Below are positions 28,001 to 34,027 of a DNA stretch of 64,000 nt, one piece after another; position 1 is the stretch's first letter; every line of letters starts with the position of its first letter. A model generated the notes under the pieces. That model saw nothing but the letters and a program-made list of their open reading frames with translations, did not search any database and was not told the origin of the DNA. A program made the translations under genes and the position numbers. Source of the DNA: a virus; the IMG/VR virus record IMGVR_UViG_3300029197_000003; one strand, written 5' to 3'.

Positions 28001-31000
28001 TAGCCTGTGTGCGTACTTTAGCGGCCTTTACCTTTTCTGCAACAGAAACGCCAGAAGGCAATTTTATCTTTTTGGCTTTCTCCAATGCCTTCTCCTTGTC
28101 TTCCACCATAGACTTAGCAATCTCTTCTGCTTCTATCACGTTTCCCGCTTCCTCAGTCAGACCAGTAAAAGCAGTTTCGGCATCTGTCTGCTCATAGATA
28201 GGATTTCCGTTTTCGTCCTTTGGAATGCGCTCCAAGGCCGTAGGCTTATGCTCCTGCTCTGCTTGGGCAATAGCAGGTTTTCCTGCGTCTTCCTGCCCTG
28301 CCTGCGTAGGTGTAGCATCCACCTGTGGCGCGACTTCCGTGTCGCCCACCGCCTCTGTTTCATTCCAAAGCACATTGCCGTTTGCATCAGCAATCTCAGA
28401 AACACCGCTATCGAAGTCCGCAAGAGGGATGCGGTCTACCATTTTCCCATTATATGGCGCGTCAAACTCAATCTCCACGCCGTCTGCTGACAGATTGGTG
28501 ACACGTCCACTGACGGCATTTCCGCTGCCGTCTTTCATCTTGACATGGTAATCGTATTTGACTTCTGGCTTCGTTGGCTTCTCAGTAGCATCCGTAGCTG
28601 ACTGAGGTGTGACACCCTCTGCCGCTCCCTGTGCGTCTTCTTCCGATACGCCCTCTTGCTCCTTGTTGGCCAAGTTGTACTCCTCATTCATCGGCCCTTC
28701 TGCCGCATGGTATTCTTCGTCTGTCTCATCCAAATACGGCTCAATAGCCTCAAACTTACGTCCGCGGCCGCGTTGCTCTCGGAATACATCAATAGGGATA
28801 AGATAGTCATTGTTGTTTTGGTCAACGACTAAGACGCTTGCAGGATTCCCTTGTTCGTCATTGAAAACACATTTAATACCAACTTGCCGTCTATGTCCCT
28901 CTTCGTCCATCAGAATACCGCCTTGACCTGCCAGCGGAGTGTCCATGTTTAGATTGATAAGTCTCTGCTGTTCCTTATTTTCAGCATCAATCTTATCGTA
29001 CTTCCGTTGACGCTCGGTCATAGCATCGGATTCTTCAACAATACCTTCCACTTCGGATGCAGGAATCATTTCAATAACACCATTACCTTCACTGACAACA
29101 ACCGTTTCACCTGTAATGCTTCCGTTTTCGTATCTTCCACGAATAAGGAACACTGGCTTCTCCCTTCCTTTCACGTTCACCAGAATAACCTTTCCAGAGC
29201 CTCCTTCGCTGTCTGCTTCGTTCTCGAAGGTTATCTGTCTGATTACGCTGTCTGCGTGCTGTCTGCGTATGCTTTCGTCAGAGGTGATGCCATCCATCGC
29301 GCCCTTCTGCTGCTCACGGGCATTCAGGTAGGCCGACAGTGCAGCGTTTGCGGCCTTCTCGTCAAGCCCATTTTCCTTTGCAACTTCCACACCTTTTTTC
29401 AACTGCTCGGCAGGGGTCTCGCCAAGCGTATCGAGGTATGCGTCTATATCATCAGTAACGCCAAGTGCTGACATAGCCATTTCTCGCGTGTCAGCAAATG
29501 CCTGCTGAGCCTGCGCATATTCCTGCGGTGTCTGCATGTTGCGACCTTCTGCGTAAGCATGAATGGTCATGGCGTTCATTTCGTTCAACTCCTCGCCCGT
29601 GAGTGAGAAGGAATACTTTTCGCTAACAGCATTATTAAATACGGCTTGTGCCTTCTGTGCTCTCACGTAATTAAGGAACGCCTTCTTTTGTTCGTCTGAG
29701 AGAGATTTATTCTGGCATACGCCTGCATATATAGCGTTCACCAATGGCTCACCCTCCAGTCTGAGGATTGTGTTTTGAATCTTGTCCCAGTTCTCGTTGC
29801 CAAATAAACGTCTTGCGTTGGCTTCTGCTTTATCATAAGCGCTATTGACAGAGCGGAGCGTTCTGTAATATTTGACAGAACTTGCAGTGGAGGAGAAACC
29901 AAGCATAAAGATTGAGGAGGCCCAGACACTCAATGCCGTGTCAAGATTTTGTCTGCTATCAAAGATGTCTGCAAAGGTATAATTTTCATCGAAGGTAGCC
30001 GTCATCGGATTGGCGATATATTCTTCCAATACCTCATTTACAAATCCATCATAGCCACCTTTTTCAAATGTGCCATACACCTTTGACATAGCCTTGGCAA
30101 AAGCGCCGTTTTGTATCATGTGGATTGTTTTGTTATACGGCAAGGCTTCGCCAAAACTGCGGAGGCTAATCTTCCCGATGCCAAAAGCCTTGGCCACAGG
30201 CTCCAATACGTAAGTACCAACACGCTCTGAGACGTTTTGTACGAGCGTGTTTAATCCTGAGTGTAACAAGGAGTGCCCCCAGCTCTTTTCTTGCTGTGTG
30301 CCCGTTACGACAATACGTTGATTTTCATCAAACGTGTAATTCATCAAGCCCATCTTCTCAATTGCAGCATCAGAGATGATGCGCGGCATCTGAAATGAGC
30401 TATCAATCACACCAGCGGCATTGATAGCTGCCAGTCGCGTTGTTGCTCGGATGGTGGTATCAAAGAGCCAGTTCGTGCCGTATTTCGCGGCCATTCTGCT
30501 TCCACCCCTGATAATACCTCTTGCGGCAACATTTCCTGCGCCATAGGTCGCTATCGCACCAATGGTGAAGGGGAACGAATATCCAGCACCGAATGCTGGG
30601 CCATAAAGACGGCCTTCCCCGTGTCTATGAAATGCCGACATTGACTCTTGACTGAGCGAACGTGCAAGCCCTAAGCGGTCTTTGGCTTCCTGACCCATTT
30701 TCCCTTCGTGCGCTTTCACTGCAACAAGGTTTTCACGCAAATTATAAAGACCGAAAGTCCAGTTATCCAAATCGGAGATACCTTCAAGAAAACCACCCCA
30801 GGCTCCTACTTTATCTCCTGTGCGTAAGGCTTCTAACGCCTGTGTATATTTCTTAATGGATTCTTCTAATTTTCTTATATTTCCCCTTGCGAGCGCAACT
30901 TCATCGCTACGTTTTACGCCTTCTTCAGTAGAAGATTCTAAGAGGTCTTTGTAAAAGCTTGGATTAAACATTTCTGGAATATAAGACCCCTTGACTGCAT

Positions 31001-32615
31001 CATGGTCTCCAAATTGCTTAAGCCGCTCCTGCTCTTTCTTTAGCGCTTCTCTGGCCTGCGCAATCTGCTGTTGCAAATACGTCTCCTTGTATGGAAGTTT
31101 TTTGGAGATTTCGTTATCCAACTCCACCTTGGCTTTTGCTATGGCATCCTCTTCGCTTTCTCCATTCTTAACGACAACAGGCACTATTTGCAATCTGTCA
31201 TCAGGGTTTAACAACACCCCCTCTTCGTTGAATTTTCCTCCTAAACCTATTTTAATAAGTTCCTGCGCATCATCCCATCTGCGCTGCTCAATCATGTACG
31301 GAAAATAGATAATATGGCAGACTTCCCCGTTTTGAAGGAAGTTGCCGACCACTCTGTTTTTCTCGTAGGGGTCTGTATAATCCTTTCCTTCTTCGCCGAA
31401 GGTCATCTTTTCGTATTGCCGTCTGAATAGCTCGCGCTGCGCTTCTACTCCTCCCCTTAAAATGCTTGGGTCTGGCGCTTGAAGCGGTCTGATACGGCCG
31501 TCTTGAAATAATACAAAAATCGTCTTATTCGTGCCATTATTATAAATGTCGCTTGCCATTAAGGCTGTATAATTGGCATGGTACATTCCGTTCAACGACA
31601 CATCGTCGGGGTATGCACCATCGGAGCGTTTCAGTCTTCTCTTTTGGTCTTCCTGCTCTAATTCAGCGGTTATCTTGTTTAATTTATTCTTATCGTAATT
31701 TAATGCTTCATTCCATCTTAATTCAGAAATCCATGCAGGTCTCTCCTTGCCTAATGCTTGAAGATTCCTCGCTTGAAGATAGACCGCATTAGGAGACATG
31801 CTCGCTGTCTCCTGTGTATAAATACTACCAAGCCCTCTAAGAGCCTTCCACTTTTCATACCTCTCCTGAATATCGCCGCCAAGCGATGCAAAAGTGTATT
31901 CCTTTGCACCGCCGCATACTTGATTCTCAAAAGTAAGTGCCGCCTCAAATACTGAATCCAAGTCTGCATCCTTTGGCAATGAGCGTATAGGGATATATCG
32001 TGCTGTCTGATTCAAGCGTACATAAGAATCCTCTTTTGGCTTCTGATAAGCCTTCTTCTTTAGGTCTTTTGCTGCCTGATTTGCGAGTTCTTCAAGGGAT
32101 TTTGAGTAAGCGTTGTTCGATATTTCTTCTGCGGCCTGTAGATAATAGTCCGTTCCTGCATTCCTCATGCGACTTACATTCGGATTGAAATCTTGAAGAG
32201 TGTCGATAGGGCGTTGATTTTCACTGACTGCCTCAGCGCTCACCTCTGGCTTTTCTTCTTTCTTAGCTTCTGGCTTTTTTGTTGGCGTGACTTCCACGGG
32301 CTTCATATCCTTGGATATAGAATCCGCGCCCATAGGCGTTTGTTGTGTCTGCGGGTCTATGGCGTGAAGACCTATCTTTGAAGCAAAATCTTCGTAGGTA
32401 TCGCCAATATAATCTACACCTCCCTTCTTCATAAAGTCGTACACTTCTTTACGATATGTGTAACCCTTTATACCTGGGGCGTAAAAATCATTATAGAAAG
32501 TATCGTAGTCCTTGTCATAGGCATTATTTAACTTCAACGTATTATATAATGCCGTGGAATATTTATCACTGCTGATAGGTCTTTTATCTTCCGTATTCTC
32601 CATATTTATCATCAC
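12777..32615 (-). CDS. giant polyvalent multi-domain protein, 6,612 aa, probably virion cargo or an ejection protein
   Basis: One frame is open for 19,839 nt. The start region GTGATG overlaps the stop of the upstream gene, so the likely ATG is at 32612. The catalytic motifs I could read are listed as sub-features below. Confidence 0.85.
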   Translation of the reverse strand: MMINMENTEDKRPISSDKYSTALYNTLKLNNAYDKDYDTFYNDFYAPGIKGYTYRKEVYDFMKKGGVDYIGDTYEDFASKIGLHAIDPQTQQTPMGADSISKDMKPVEVTPTKKPEAKKEEKPEVSAEAVSENQRPIDTLQDFNPNVSRMRNAGTDYYLQAAEEISNNAYSKSLEELANQAAKDLKKKAYQKPKEDSYVRLNQTARYIPIRSLPKDADLDSVFEAALTFENQVCGGAKEYTFASLGGDIQERYEKWKALRGLGSIYTQETASMSPNAVYLQARNLQALGKERPAWISELRWNEALNYDKNKLNKITAELEQEDQKRRLKRSDGAYPDDVSLNGMYHANYTALMASDIYNNGTNKTIFVLFQDGRIRPLQAPDPSILRGGVEAQRELFRRQYEKMTFGEEGKDYTDPYEKNRVVGNFLQNGEVCHIIYFPYMIEQRRWDDAQELIKIGLGGKFNEEGVLLNPDDRLQIVPVVVKNGESEEDAIAKAKVELDNEISKKLPYKETYLQQQIAQAREALKKEQERLKQFGDHDAVKGSYIPEMFNPSFYKDLLESSTEEGVKRSDEVALARGNIRKLEESIKKYTQALEALRTGDKVGAWGGFLEGISDLDNWTFGLYNLRENLVAVKAHEGKMGQEAKDRLGLARSLSQESMSAFHRHGEGRLYGPAFGAGYSFPFTIGAIATYGAGNVAARGIIRGGSRMAAKYGTNWLFDTTIRATTRLAAINAAGVIDSSFQMPRIISDAAIEKMGLMNYTFDENQRIVVTGTQQEKSWGHSLLHSGLNTLVQNVSERVGTYVLEPVAKAFGIGKISLRSFGEALPYNKTIHMIQNGAFAKAMSKVYGTFEKGGYDGFVNEVLEEYIANPMTATFDENYTFADIFDSRQNLDTALSVWASSIFMLGFSSTASSVKYYRTLRSVNSAYDKAEANARRLFGNENWDKIQNTILRLEGEPLVNAIYAGVCQNKSLSDEQKKAFLNYVRAQKAQAVFNNAVSEKYSFSLTGEELNEMNAMTIHAYAEGRNMQTPQEYAQAQQAFADTREMAMSALGVTDDIDAYLDTLGETPAEQLKKGVEVAKENGLDEKAANAALSAYLNAREQQKGAMDGITSDESIRRQHADSVIRQITFENEADSEGGSGKVILVNVKGREKPVFLIRGRYENGSITGETVVVSEGNGVIEMIPASEVEGIVEESDAMTERQRKYDKIDAENKEQQRLINLNMDTPLAGQGGILMDEEGHRRQVGIKCVFNDEQGNPASVLVVDQNNNDYLIPIDVFREQRGRGRKFEAIEPYLDETDEEYHAAEGPMNEEYNLANKEQEGVSEEDAQGAAEGVTPQSATDATEKPTKPEVKYDYHVKMKDGSGNAVSGRVTNLSADGVEIEFDAPYNGKMVDRIPLADFDSGVSEIADANGNVLWNETEAVGDTEVAPQVDATPTQAGQEDAGKPAIAQAEQEHKPTALERIPKDENGNPIYEQTDAETAFTGLTEEAGNVIEAEEIAKSMVEDKEKALEKAKKIKLPSGVSVAEKVKAAKVRTQAIAKAQEELDKWKAIAEVPAQQRAKVVEERIAKEKAEAEAKRKAEEEAKRASEEAESELNSTIENVLNTIYKKGKDYASKIFNRNFFDFAKAPDFMKHLGMTGSKFTIRYGVIARHFGKDGSHDFTKSEWEQIPHAIEHPFAITQLKNKEKGFRIYTALKTEKGDYVVVGADVKNAGRDIEVNAITTLFGRRSNANLSENEEIIYKSKEITPEQEALLGRPNSDQYPAERELSTDKVTESSPSTQENRPKNSTQSAVKSASAEVETSPTEAQKKAGNYKMGHVKVGAFDVTIENPKGSERSGTDANGKKWSVKMNNTYGYIRGTEGVDGDHIDVFLAEDMDKWDGKYVFVVDQYNPDGTFDEHKVMLGFNSMEEARNAYLSNYEKGWENGRRIDVTAVNLEDFEKWIESSKRKTKPFAEYAGVKKETIGNAPAKEEATPTKAETKQTKTSESKGYTITPSTYTNKKGKTSDVSLLTFDHNLTADQERAVKEFAKERIGEGRFAPARGWKDRESGGWMFRSEEDARKAAEMVGNEEAVADNQPMTAQELRDAVEPKKPTASKKTAAKKPANRVEVADVAEQKPSEPTKAEQPKLNGEKKLVITDEMKHDEDILRELLGIGDEELDGGIKFRDPDAMTSQQRRFVYNAGVNYSLGYIDQGFVKFPEFAKAMVSRLGYKIKPWLKSFYEGAKRIPGYDQAMFTPTEEVDAFDVENFDKPHKDVFAQANMIVEEGKAQVAAEKANNELKATRNEQRKETEKQTAANTDAIGSKATSVASEVENLAETSSDRQELGGASERVDETLDKVNEQLALLGYYEAEQVEKDYNEAYGYMRNAEKKAVKDAANLASQLIDDLGLDRFEATHGEADKKGKRKTKPLAVANIAPLGGDVSMHLPLEEGRELYVNIQLVPSAGRGVAKFEGDNLKVTRIMFRVDNPNGNGRYDRRYGINVWVNKDVTYSELLDKVKREVYKYLPERTEVSDGKFAAGDKVQYSTDGGRTWTDAVVAHPNDEGGYLIDTGLAPVLWVNAHPDQLRHKPESNTISDTELIKRITEHPLFKELVDNNPDAQAARTLLGERIMTDVRLSLRKDGYVETYKKLLNDKGFSEKIADKAFAKRHIVSKNDEGGYFYEDGINEDAVAALPEGIHINDDVTRRSENGGVQHTASEKPVGKPKSAAQKTTKKVKPEQPVGDLFAGPLDKPNNNGTADSNSSSPSQTVAGGERPNTVGIDETGTDGGKRTTAVTGTDGERSTDASRENGREAADGAVHGTDEVGGIQPPVGNRGRDESAANRTVSNGATDERGRVAGPRTVQTGETDGGGKELSSGEPASSTGEGSRPSAVKKQRTPVRKFTNNFHYGTDGNEADNYTPAQRLEGNVSAIEVIAKLFKEGRKATDEEKQILSRFRGWGQIDQLSKFYSVDQMRRNTYGNSPYHRLADAIDTLDPDGKKGVFAGIKRAALSSYYTPTKIASAMNSFLSLAGFKGGTFLDPSMGNGIFEGTLPKDIQGRTMITGVELDWLSGQISRALYPDADVRICGFEKSGLTPNSQDVVTSNVPFGDIEVNDPTWKNDNSPIKRSAQKRIHNYYAVKMLELTRPGGIVAMMTSPAVMDTQSNQHIRRYIAEQGEFLGAVRLPDNTFQGTGAMADIIYIRKWKDEEDAQKTRENPDYVAREQAFLSSAETTAPNKRNGEKQKVSHNAYYASNRKNMIGDVVAGNQYNDKSFGLHSELTTDQIAKEVEKAVKRIVGDRKGMLFDTTRTSREVKQAVREEYKGDGNWVSTGNLVIQDGKVGVLTATKNEYGEVTRVFEEQPQLAKQKMRIIAMGEVRTAMKELIAGQIDGLSDTKLNMLRAKLKRAYGEFVSKYGKLQDTDNAVILSDIDGYTLQALEVWKGGKFQGLSDIFTKNTIKPALKLEDAKTPQEAITTSLAEYGEIRGEYIEKTLGADWFEQCGDLVFKEPNATDRYVTRDEYLSGDVVAKLEEAKTAAATDPTFERNVKELEQVQPATIPFDDITIHLGARWIPQEVLNDFVKETLGLHASSSRNYEWVDGERREIIKSGVVYVPETDSFEINIEEKELGGQADDWKTADKSIKEIFQVALEDKDFRIVRKDKDGNTWIDQEATELANSKVADLREHFEQWLPGNDARIQIMERAYNDRFNRIVLRKWDGSHLNVPGLMGKELRPHQKDAVWMLINNRGGIVDHIVGAGKTLVMQSAIMEMRRMGIAKKPMIVALKSTVPQIAREFKEAYPTARVLAPSEKDFSTENRKKFFANISLNDYDCIIVSHEQYCKIPHSEEAEGDVVNEQLAQLDAMIEYLYGTGDKSQLTKRQIKSLEKRRQNLHAKLEKRLDRSTDREFCFENMGIDYLFVDECHQFKSLPYVTSYQNVAGLGEASGSNKAVALLTGIRHLQKMHQGDKGTVFLSGTTITNSLVEIYNLLNYLRPRKLEQLGMPTFDAWASTFAVHSSELEAGVSNEFKMKDRFRYFDNVPELSQLYAEIADVRNDYNLQLPKPKVDGKTVIVPQSDAVAEINREVVKMLRTKDGSYFGIHPINPKKFPWGLVASGISAKAAVSPRLVFPDMDDSVGKISYCCDNIKKSYDEMKEQKGVQLVFCELGVPTKGNKYDAYHDIINRLTKDYGIPRDEIAYIQQVKNDTEKEALFQKVRDGKVRILIGGTRNMGTGVNVQTRITDLHMLTVPWQPADLEQCIGRGSRQGNVVAHDFLNNKVRVHYYATEGSLDLYKYQLLDAKGKMFTQFKMGTISGERSFDEGDADENGNIDPAQMVALLSGNPIIFEKSKQDKLVKKLKSLYNGFLRDQQRKRQNYETVTKKVENLKRLISLSDSDVHDLQREGFKPDDKGTYPSKVKVTVEDSYYGQNFDKPKEAGQYILEQLKNNKKVVLAGFGQRADIVFVTDDDLLSSHYEVQIGGNNAWSIRYTKRMPQDPTQAGLVFRSLLEQIIHNNEVYHREYDTNSEMLKTMPKGDAPFSKQKELDEAIAKQKELDAEYNKLGQSEEDKTKFRLLDADDPKAMELEALPDSELVPVYRNVQAFEDDTLGSPMAFSDAETGERRTLEGGKWNYSNPPQIKLTDEQQRKLDELNKNGYIMVDGKKSTELQINDGLKFVKPKTKEAQLQYFLKKNPKDKGLWAAYDPYDHAIETPLNTQFGEANKRPNLVVVRSLIPKSEIDEPFHADYALLPTGAHQWNNGRTLYLSRWSKIDKVLTREEEAKMIDEYWKKHPGKREALKSHRDYNRFVPQVRRELEKMGYRFELDGKELTPVESLALDKQNWEGRDVIPGREGQLPFISNEDIARINAKTAGKWVGEPKEVMESAMSERVTELSERLHTPVRIIRTEAEVAALPSVRQRRMKGSFNPITGEVTIVVSNNANMADIENTFVHEVVGHDGLRVLFPDEAKLNNALDELYRVSKDEIRGTIDRMAQKMYDAEVDRLRERKRKEHEAKGEDTNTLYHTDIEKARSEASKKSEQFRRDATEEYAADLAGRIGESGFETMSAEELTFWGKLTTILQKALQKLLDGLKIPGKRKWSDKDWAFILHEAYKRKKNGGKPTVFDAADTVVMRRKTGFGDTKFSDGKVEENHQVATTIADMKKRVTELFQKAKTGEFVGKPASIGRLSADGKAYLEKLSDLKFKEFVDFVLNPSDLNHIRSDHYGENEKDKGNNVPLTDEDIQNMVDVLNQPDGILYGVDKKDGRKLFFFLKDAGNGLYNLTEVCSTKKGNLTAKSFFKSKKKGISQRVMEIKDSLLPTSVTYSGEFLSSDAKIPTLFDINESSSKNVADGGIMFRNDDIGLEETITKIKVEAAQAAQKATENLNLGGRVVVHESAEGLEGREATAKGWYDTRTGQIHVVLSNNTDAADVTQTILHEAVAHHGLRELFGHNVMDAFLDSVLAAASQEVKDAINELRRGKGWNFRTATEEYLAGLAERTDFERMTAEERGLFATLRRLFNRALEFLGLKNRELSDRELAYILWCSYQNLKTGEKGRYVAEAERIAMRYKLKAGKNAMTDTEKKEHSVLLRGELDNLQEILAKDTYERLVTRGSHLERTAWVDMLSPLQDLQHAIEKNGGFKLGDFENPYNAYITMSSRNYAQMDIYKRTLYADMIEAIHALGSETGRSYEEIKTYVMAKHGMERQKYMAGKAAEEAYDRYKSMHPFGQKTLDYFIDEYEEKSFAGLTELFGTQSVSEAMDEAQKYVEEVEAEAGSLTDSMWDSIRAATKSSLQRAYEAGLISKETYDNVSSMYQYYIPLRGFDEATSDEVYEYFGDQTINGGTGSFMKKAKGRKSVADDPFAVIGNMAEMAIMQSNRNLMKQQLLNLALNHPSDLISVSDLYVKFDEDYDNGDGTRGAWVPVAVPDTSGMTTEEANQVMLDFQDDMEEKVKDEPDTYALAHQKPHIPYRVLGRNMNEHQVMVKRGGKTYILTINGNPRAAQAINGLLNPDATENPGAIALKAMTNWIARMATARNVEFAISNAMRDLEFSTTLIPKEGTEYYGRYVKNYLTCVKNIGRLVNRLNGNTLDMSNPLEKAFYDFIYNGGETGYTFMKGVERYKGEITKALSELRAKEGKSKIERLSNKVVYGHHYVINDAWNIYMKGAEYLSRCTEDWVRFAVFLTSRQMGRSMEQSIMDAKEVTINFNRKGAGSKSAGKWDVSNFFSMNNLHFLSAYAASVFKNFYAFSNASIQGLDKNVRLHLNHTAGMLMWDGAAVTLGMLSAMCIPLMLSAIGGDPDDYWDMPESMRRMGIMLPLGKDGRFLTLPMSIEHRAAYGIGELLGTVVCGSENLPASEITFQAFEQLSQILPLDLTEGNGSMLSLVPTAVRPEVEIAFNKNWLGMPIYKEPFNKNTPAFRNVYQSTNPNYIAMSKWLNEVQGGGDYERAGVQVNPAMVQHLVESYTGGAGKFVSRTSGVIAKIIQGEQIRSNEIPFYRTLVKSVDDRTHNRAARERFQREYDKGQKLIYKIDNYQKESARGNSQYVKELDEFAKSKDFMSYMLWKSYNSVKSQFDNARSYIGDDKDKRAALDHAQMLVQKIMTECARAVEDSKTQEEADEKIGRIQSEYTPQIKETLSKVEE
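16020..16480 (-). other. giant ORF: zincin-like HExxH module 2, paralog of module 1
   Basis: The sequence is IHVVLSNNTDAADVTQTILHEAVAHHGLRELF, with HEAVAH within 16368-16394. The same downstream pattern (TEEY.A.LA.R...F..M.AEE..F...L) occurs in module 1. Confidence 0.55.
16770..17160 (-). other. giant ORF: nuclease-like module 2, PBECR-like, tentative
   Basis: The sequence is IGRLSADGKAYLEKL...NPSDLNHIRSDHYGENEKDKGN...LFFFLKDAGNGLYNLTEVCSTKKGNLTAKSFFKS. Confidence 0.3.
17345..17925 (-). other. giant ORF: zincin-like HExxH module 1
   Basis: The sequence is TIVVSNNANMADIENTFVHEVVGHDGLRVLF, with HEVVGH at 17823-17840. Confidence 0.55.
19850..21480 (-). other. giant ORF: SF2 (SNF2/DEAD-like) helicase module
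   Basis: Motif I is VGAGKTLV (about 21392-21412). Motif II is DECH (20907-20918). Motif VI is QCIGRGSRQGN (about 19880-19915). Confidence 0.8.
23190..23975 (-). other. giant ORF: N6-adenine DNA methyltransferase module
   Basis: Motif I is GGTFLDPSMGNGIF (about 23528-23570). Motif IV is SNVPFGD (23343-23360). Confidence 0.75.
26780..27185 (-). other. giant ORF: family-I inorganic-pyrophosphatase-like module
   Basis: TIENPKGSERSG...NNTYGYIRGTEGVDGDHIDVFL (27001-27060) parallels E. coli PPase [21 protein letters not shown]. Confidence 0.55.
27420..27780 (-). other. giant ORF: nuclease-like module 1, PBECR/barnase-EndoU-like, tentative
   Basis: The sequence is KIFNRNFFDFAKAPDFMKHLG...IARHFGKDGSHDFTKSEWEQIPHAIEHPF...YVVVGADVKNAGRDIEVNAITTLFGRR. 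It has conserved His residues followed by short beta strands. I assigned it by resemblance only. Confidence 0.3.
30520..30605 (-). other. giant ORF: Gly-zipper/hydrophobic segment near the N-terminal quarter
   Basis: The segment is GPAFGAGYSFPFTIGAIATYGAGNVAARG. Confidence 0.4.
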
Positions 32616-34027
32616 TTAAATACTTGTAAATCATTAGATTGTTTGATAGGCTTCGTTTCGCCATAGCTAACCCATTTTCCCTTGCTTCTGTCGAACTTTA
32701 TACGCTTCCCTTTATCGTTATAATAGACCGCGCTGCTATTCTGCTTGGCAGAAGGGATGTATCTATAACCTCCCTTTTGGGTGGTTTTTCCAGCCCCAAA
32801 CATAGCACCATTCCTCTCTGATGTAGAGTTAACATAAGCGCCCTTGTACTTCTTTGCTGCCGCATTAGCTTCTGCCTCGGTTGCATAGACGACATGGACG
32901 GTGAACTCCTTGGCCCTCTCGGCATTCCCAGTCCCTCTCGGAACGTAGATATATCGGTTCATGCGCCCCTGCTTATCTGGCTTGCCTGTGCCGCCTGCAC
33001 TTGTTTCGCTCCTATACTTATCGGCTGCTGCCTGATTTCTCGCAATGGTAGACGCGCCGACGGCAGCGCTTGTCGCGGCACGTTGCTTGGCAACATTGAG
33101 CATGCCCTCGTTATGTCTTCTTTGGTCTTCTGCTCTCTGTTTGTCGTTCTCGGCTTTTGCCTCCGCTGCTCTCTTGCGCGTATCAGCATCTTGTTCCTTG
33201 ATTTTAAGCTCAGATTGGGCAATAACGCGGTTGAAGGCGTCTTGTGCAAGTTTCTCTCGTGCTGTTTTTGCGGAAAGTTCCTGCTGCACGGCTTGCGTGT
33301 CAAGGCCGTATTTTTCTTTGAGAACCGCCATATACTTTGCAGCGTCCTTCTCGCGCTGTGCTACCATCTTATCCCATCGTGCCAAATTGGCCTTACTCAT
33401 AGAGGCATTGGGATTATAAGCGTTAGGTGCGCCCTTTGTCGTGAAATAAAGGTTGGAAAGCGCTTGGATGCCGTCACTGATAGCTGAATACAAAGCTCTC
33501 TGTTTGGCTCGCTTGTTCTCGCGTTCTTCCTTCTCTTTGGTGCGCTTAAGGCGGTCTAATGTCTCGTTGAGATAGTTGTTTAATTCCGTCAGTGAGTTGA
33601 CCTGCGCCTTATATGCTTCTGAGGGTGCTTCGCCCTTCTCGTTCAAAACGCGATTGTAGGCTTGCTCTGGCGTCTCATCAATGTTGGTTGGTGGTGTGGC
33701 GGTCGCCTGTGGCGTTGTCTGCTGTGCTGCCTGCGGTATTCCGTATTTCTGCGCATAAAGTTGCGTGGCAGTTTTCATATTCTGAGGTTCATATAACTGC
33801 GACTGCGGAATGTTAAGCGGTGGATTGCTCGCCAATGATGCCTCTGTAACCGCTGGTCTCTGCCCATAGTTCGGATTGGTGTTACCTTGGATGGCAGAAG
33901 GCGCTTGCCCTCCAGAAGAGGTCTGACCATTCTGCCAGTCCACGGGATATTGAGGATTAGCCTGCGGTGTGACAGGCTGCTCCTCCTGTTTTGGTTTAAC
34001 TCCTAAGATGTCACTTATTGCACTCAT
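32612..34027 (-). CDS. low-complexity Q/P/A-rich coiled-coil protein, a virion or ejection protein candidate
   Basis: 471 aa. It has a Q/P-rich N-terminus, K/E/A coiled-coil segments and a basic C-terminus. It is coupled to both neighbouring genes by overlapping stops and starts. Confidence 0.4.
   Translation of the reverse strand: MSAISDILGVKPKQEEQPVTPQANPQYPVDWQNGQTSSGGQAPSAIQGNTNPNYGQRPAVTEASLASNPPLNIPQSQLYEPQNMKTATQLYAQKYGIPQAAQQTTPQATATPPTNIDETPEQAYNRVLNEKGEAPSEAYKAQVNSLTELNNYLNETLDRLKRTKEKEERENKRAKQRALYSAISDGIQALSNLYFTTKGAPNAYNPNASMSKANLARWDKMVAQREKDAAKYMAVLKEKYGLDTQAVQQELSAKTAREKLAQDAFNRVIAQSELKIKEQDADTRKRAAEAKAENDKQRAEDQRRHNEGMLNVAKQRAATSAAVGASTIARNQAAADKYRSETSAGGTGKPDKQGRMNRYIYVPRGTGNAERAKEFTVHVVYATEAEANAAAKKYKGAYVNSTSERNGAMFGAGKTTQKGGYRYIPSAKQNSSAVYYNDKGKRIKFDRSKGKWVSYGETKPIKQSNDLQVFK

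Noticed and set aside
12815-32381. Dozens of plus-strand ORFs of 60-205 aa, and some off-frame minus ORFs, inside the giant gene. Examples are 19839-20456, 22845-23399 and 23993-24436.
   Set aside because: They all lie within a 19.8-kb frame that carries readable enzyme motifs. Their products are low-complexity or Cys/Leu/Ser-rich, as expected for antisense or off-frame shadows.
12777-32615. The giant ORF as a tape measure protein.
   Set aside because: It contains methyltransferase, helicase, pyrophosphatase-like and HExxH catalytic motifs rather than the mostly helical Ala/Gly-rich ruler typical of tape measures. No tail tube, sheath or tape-measure chaperone frameshift genes are present.
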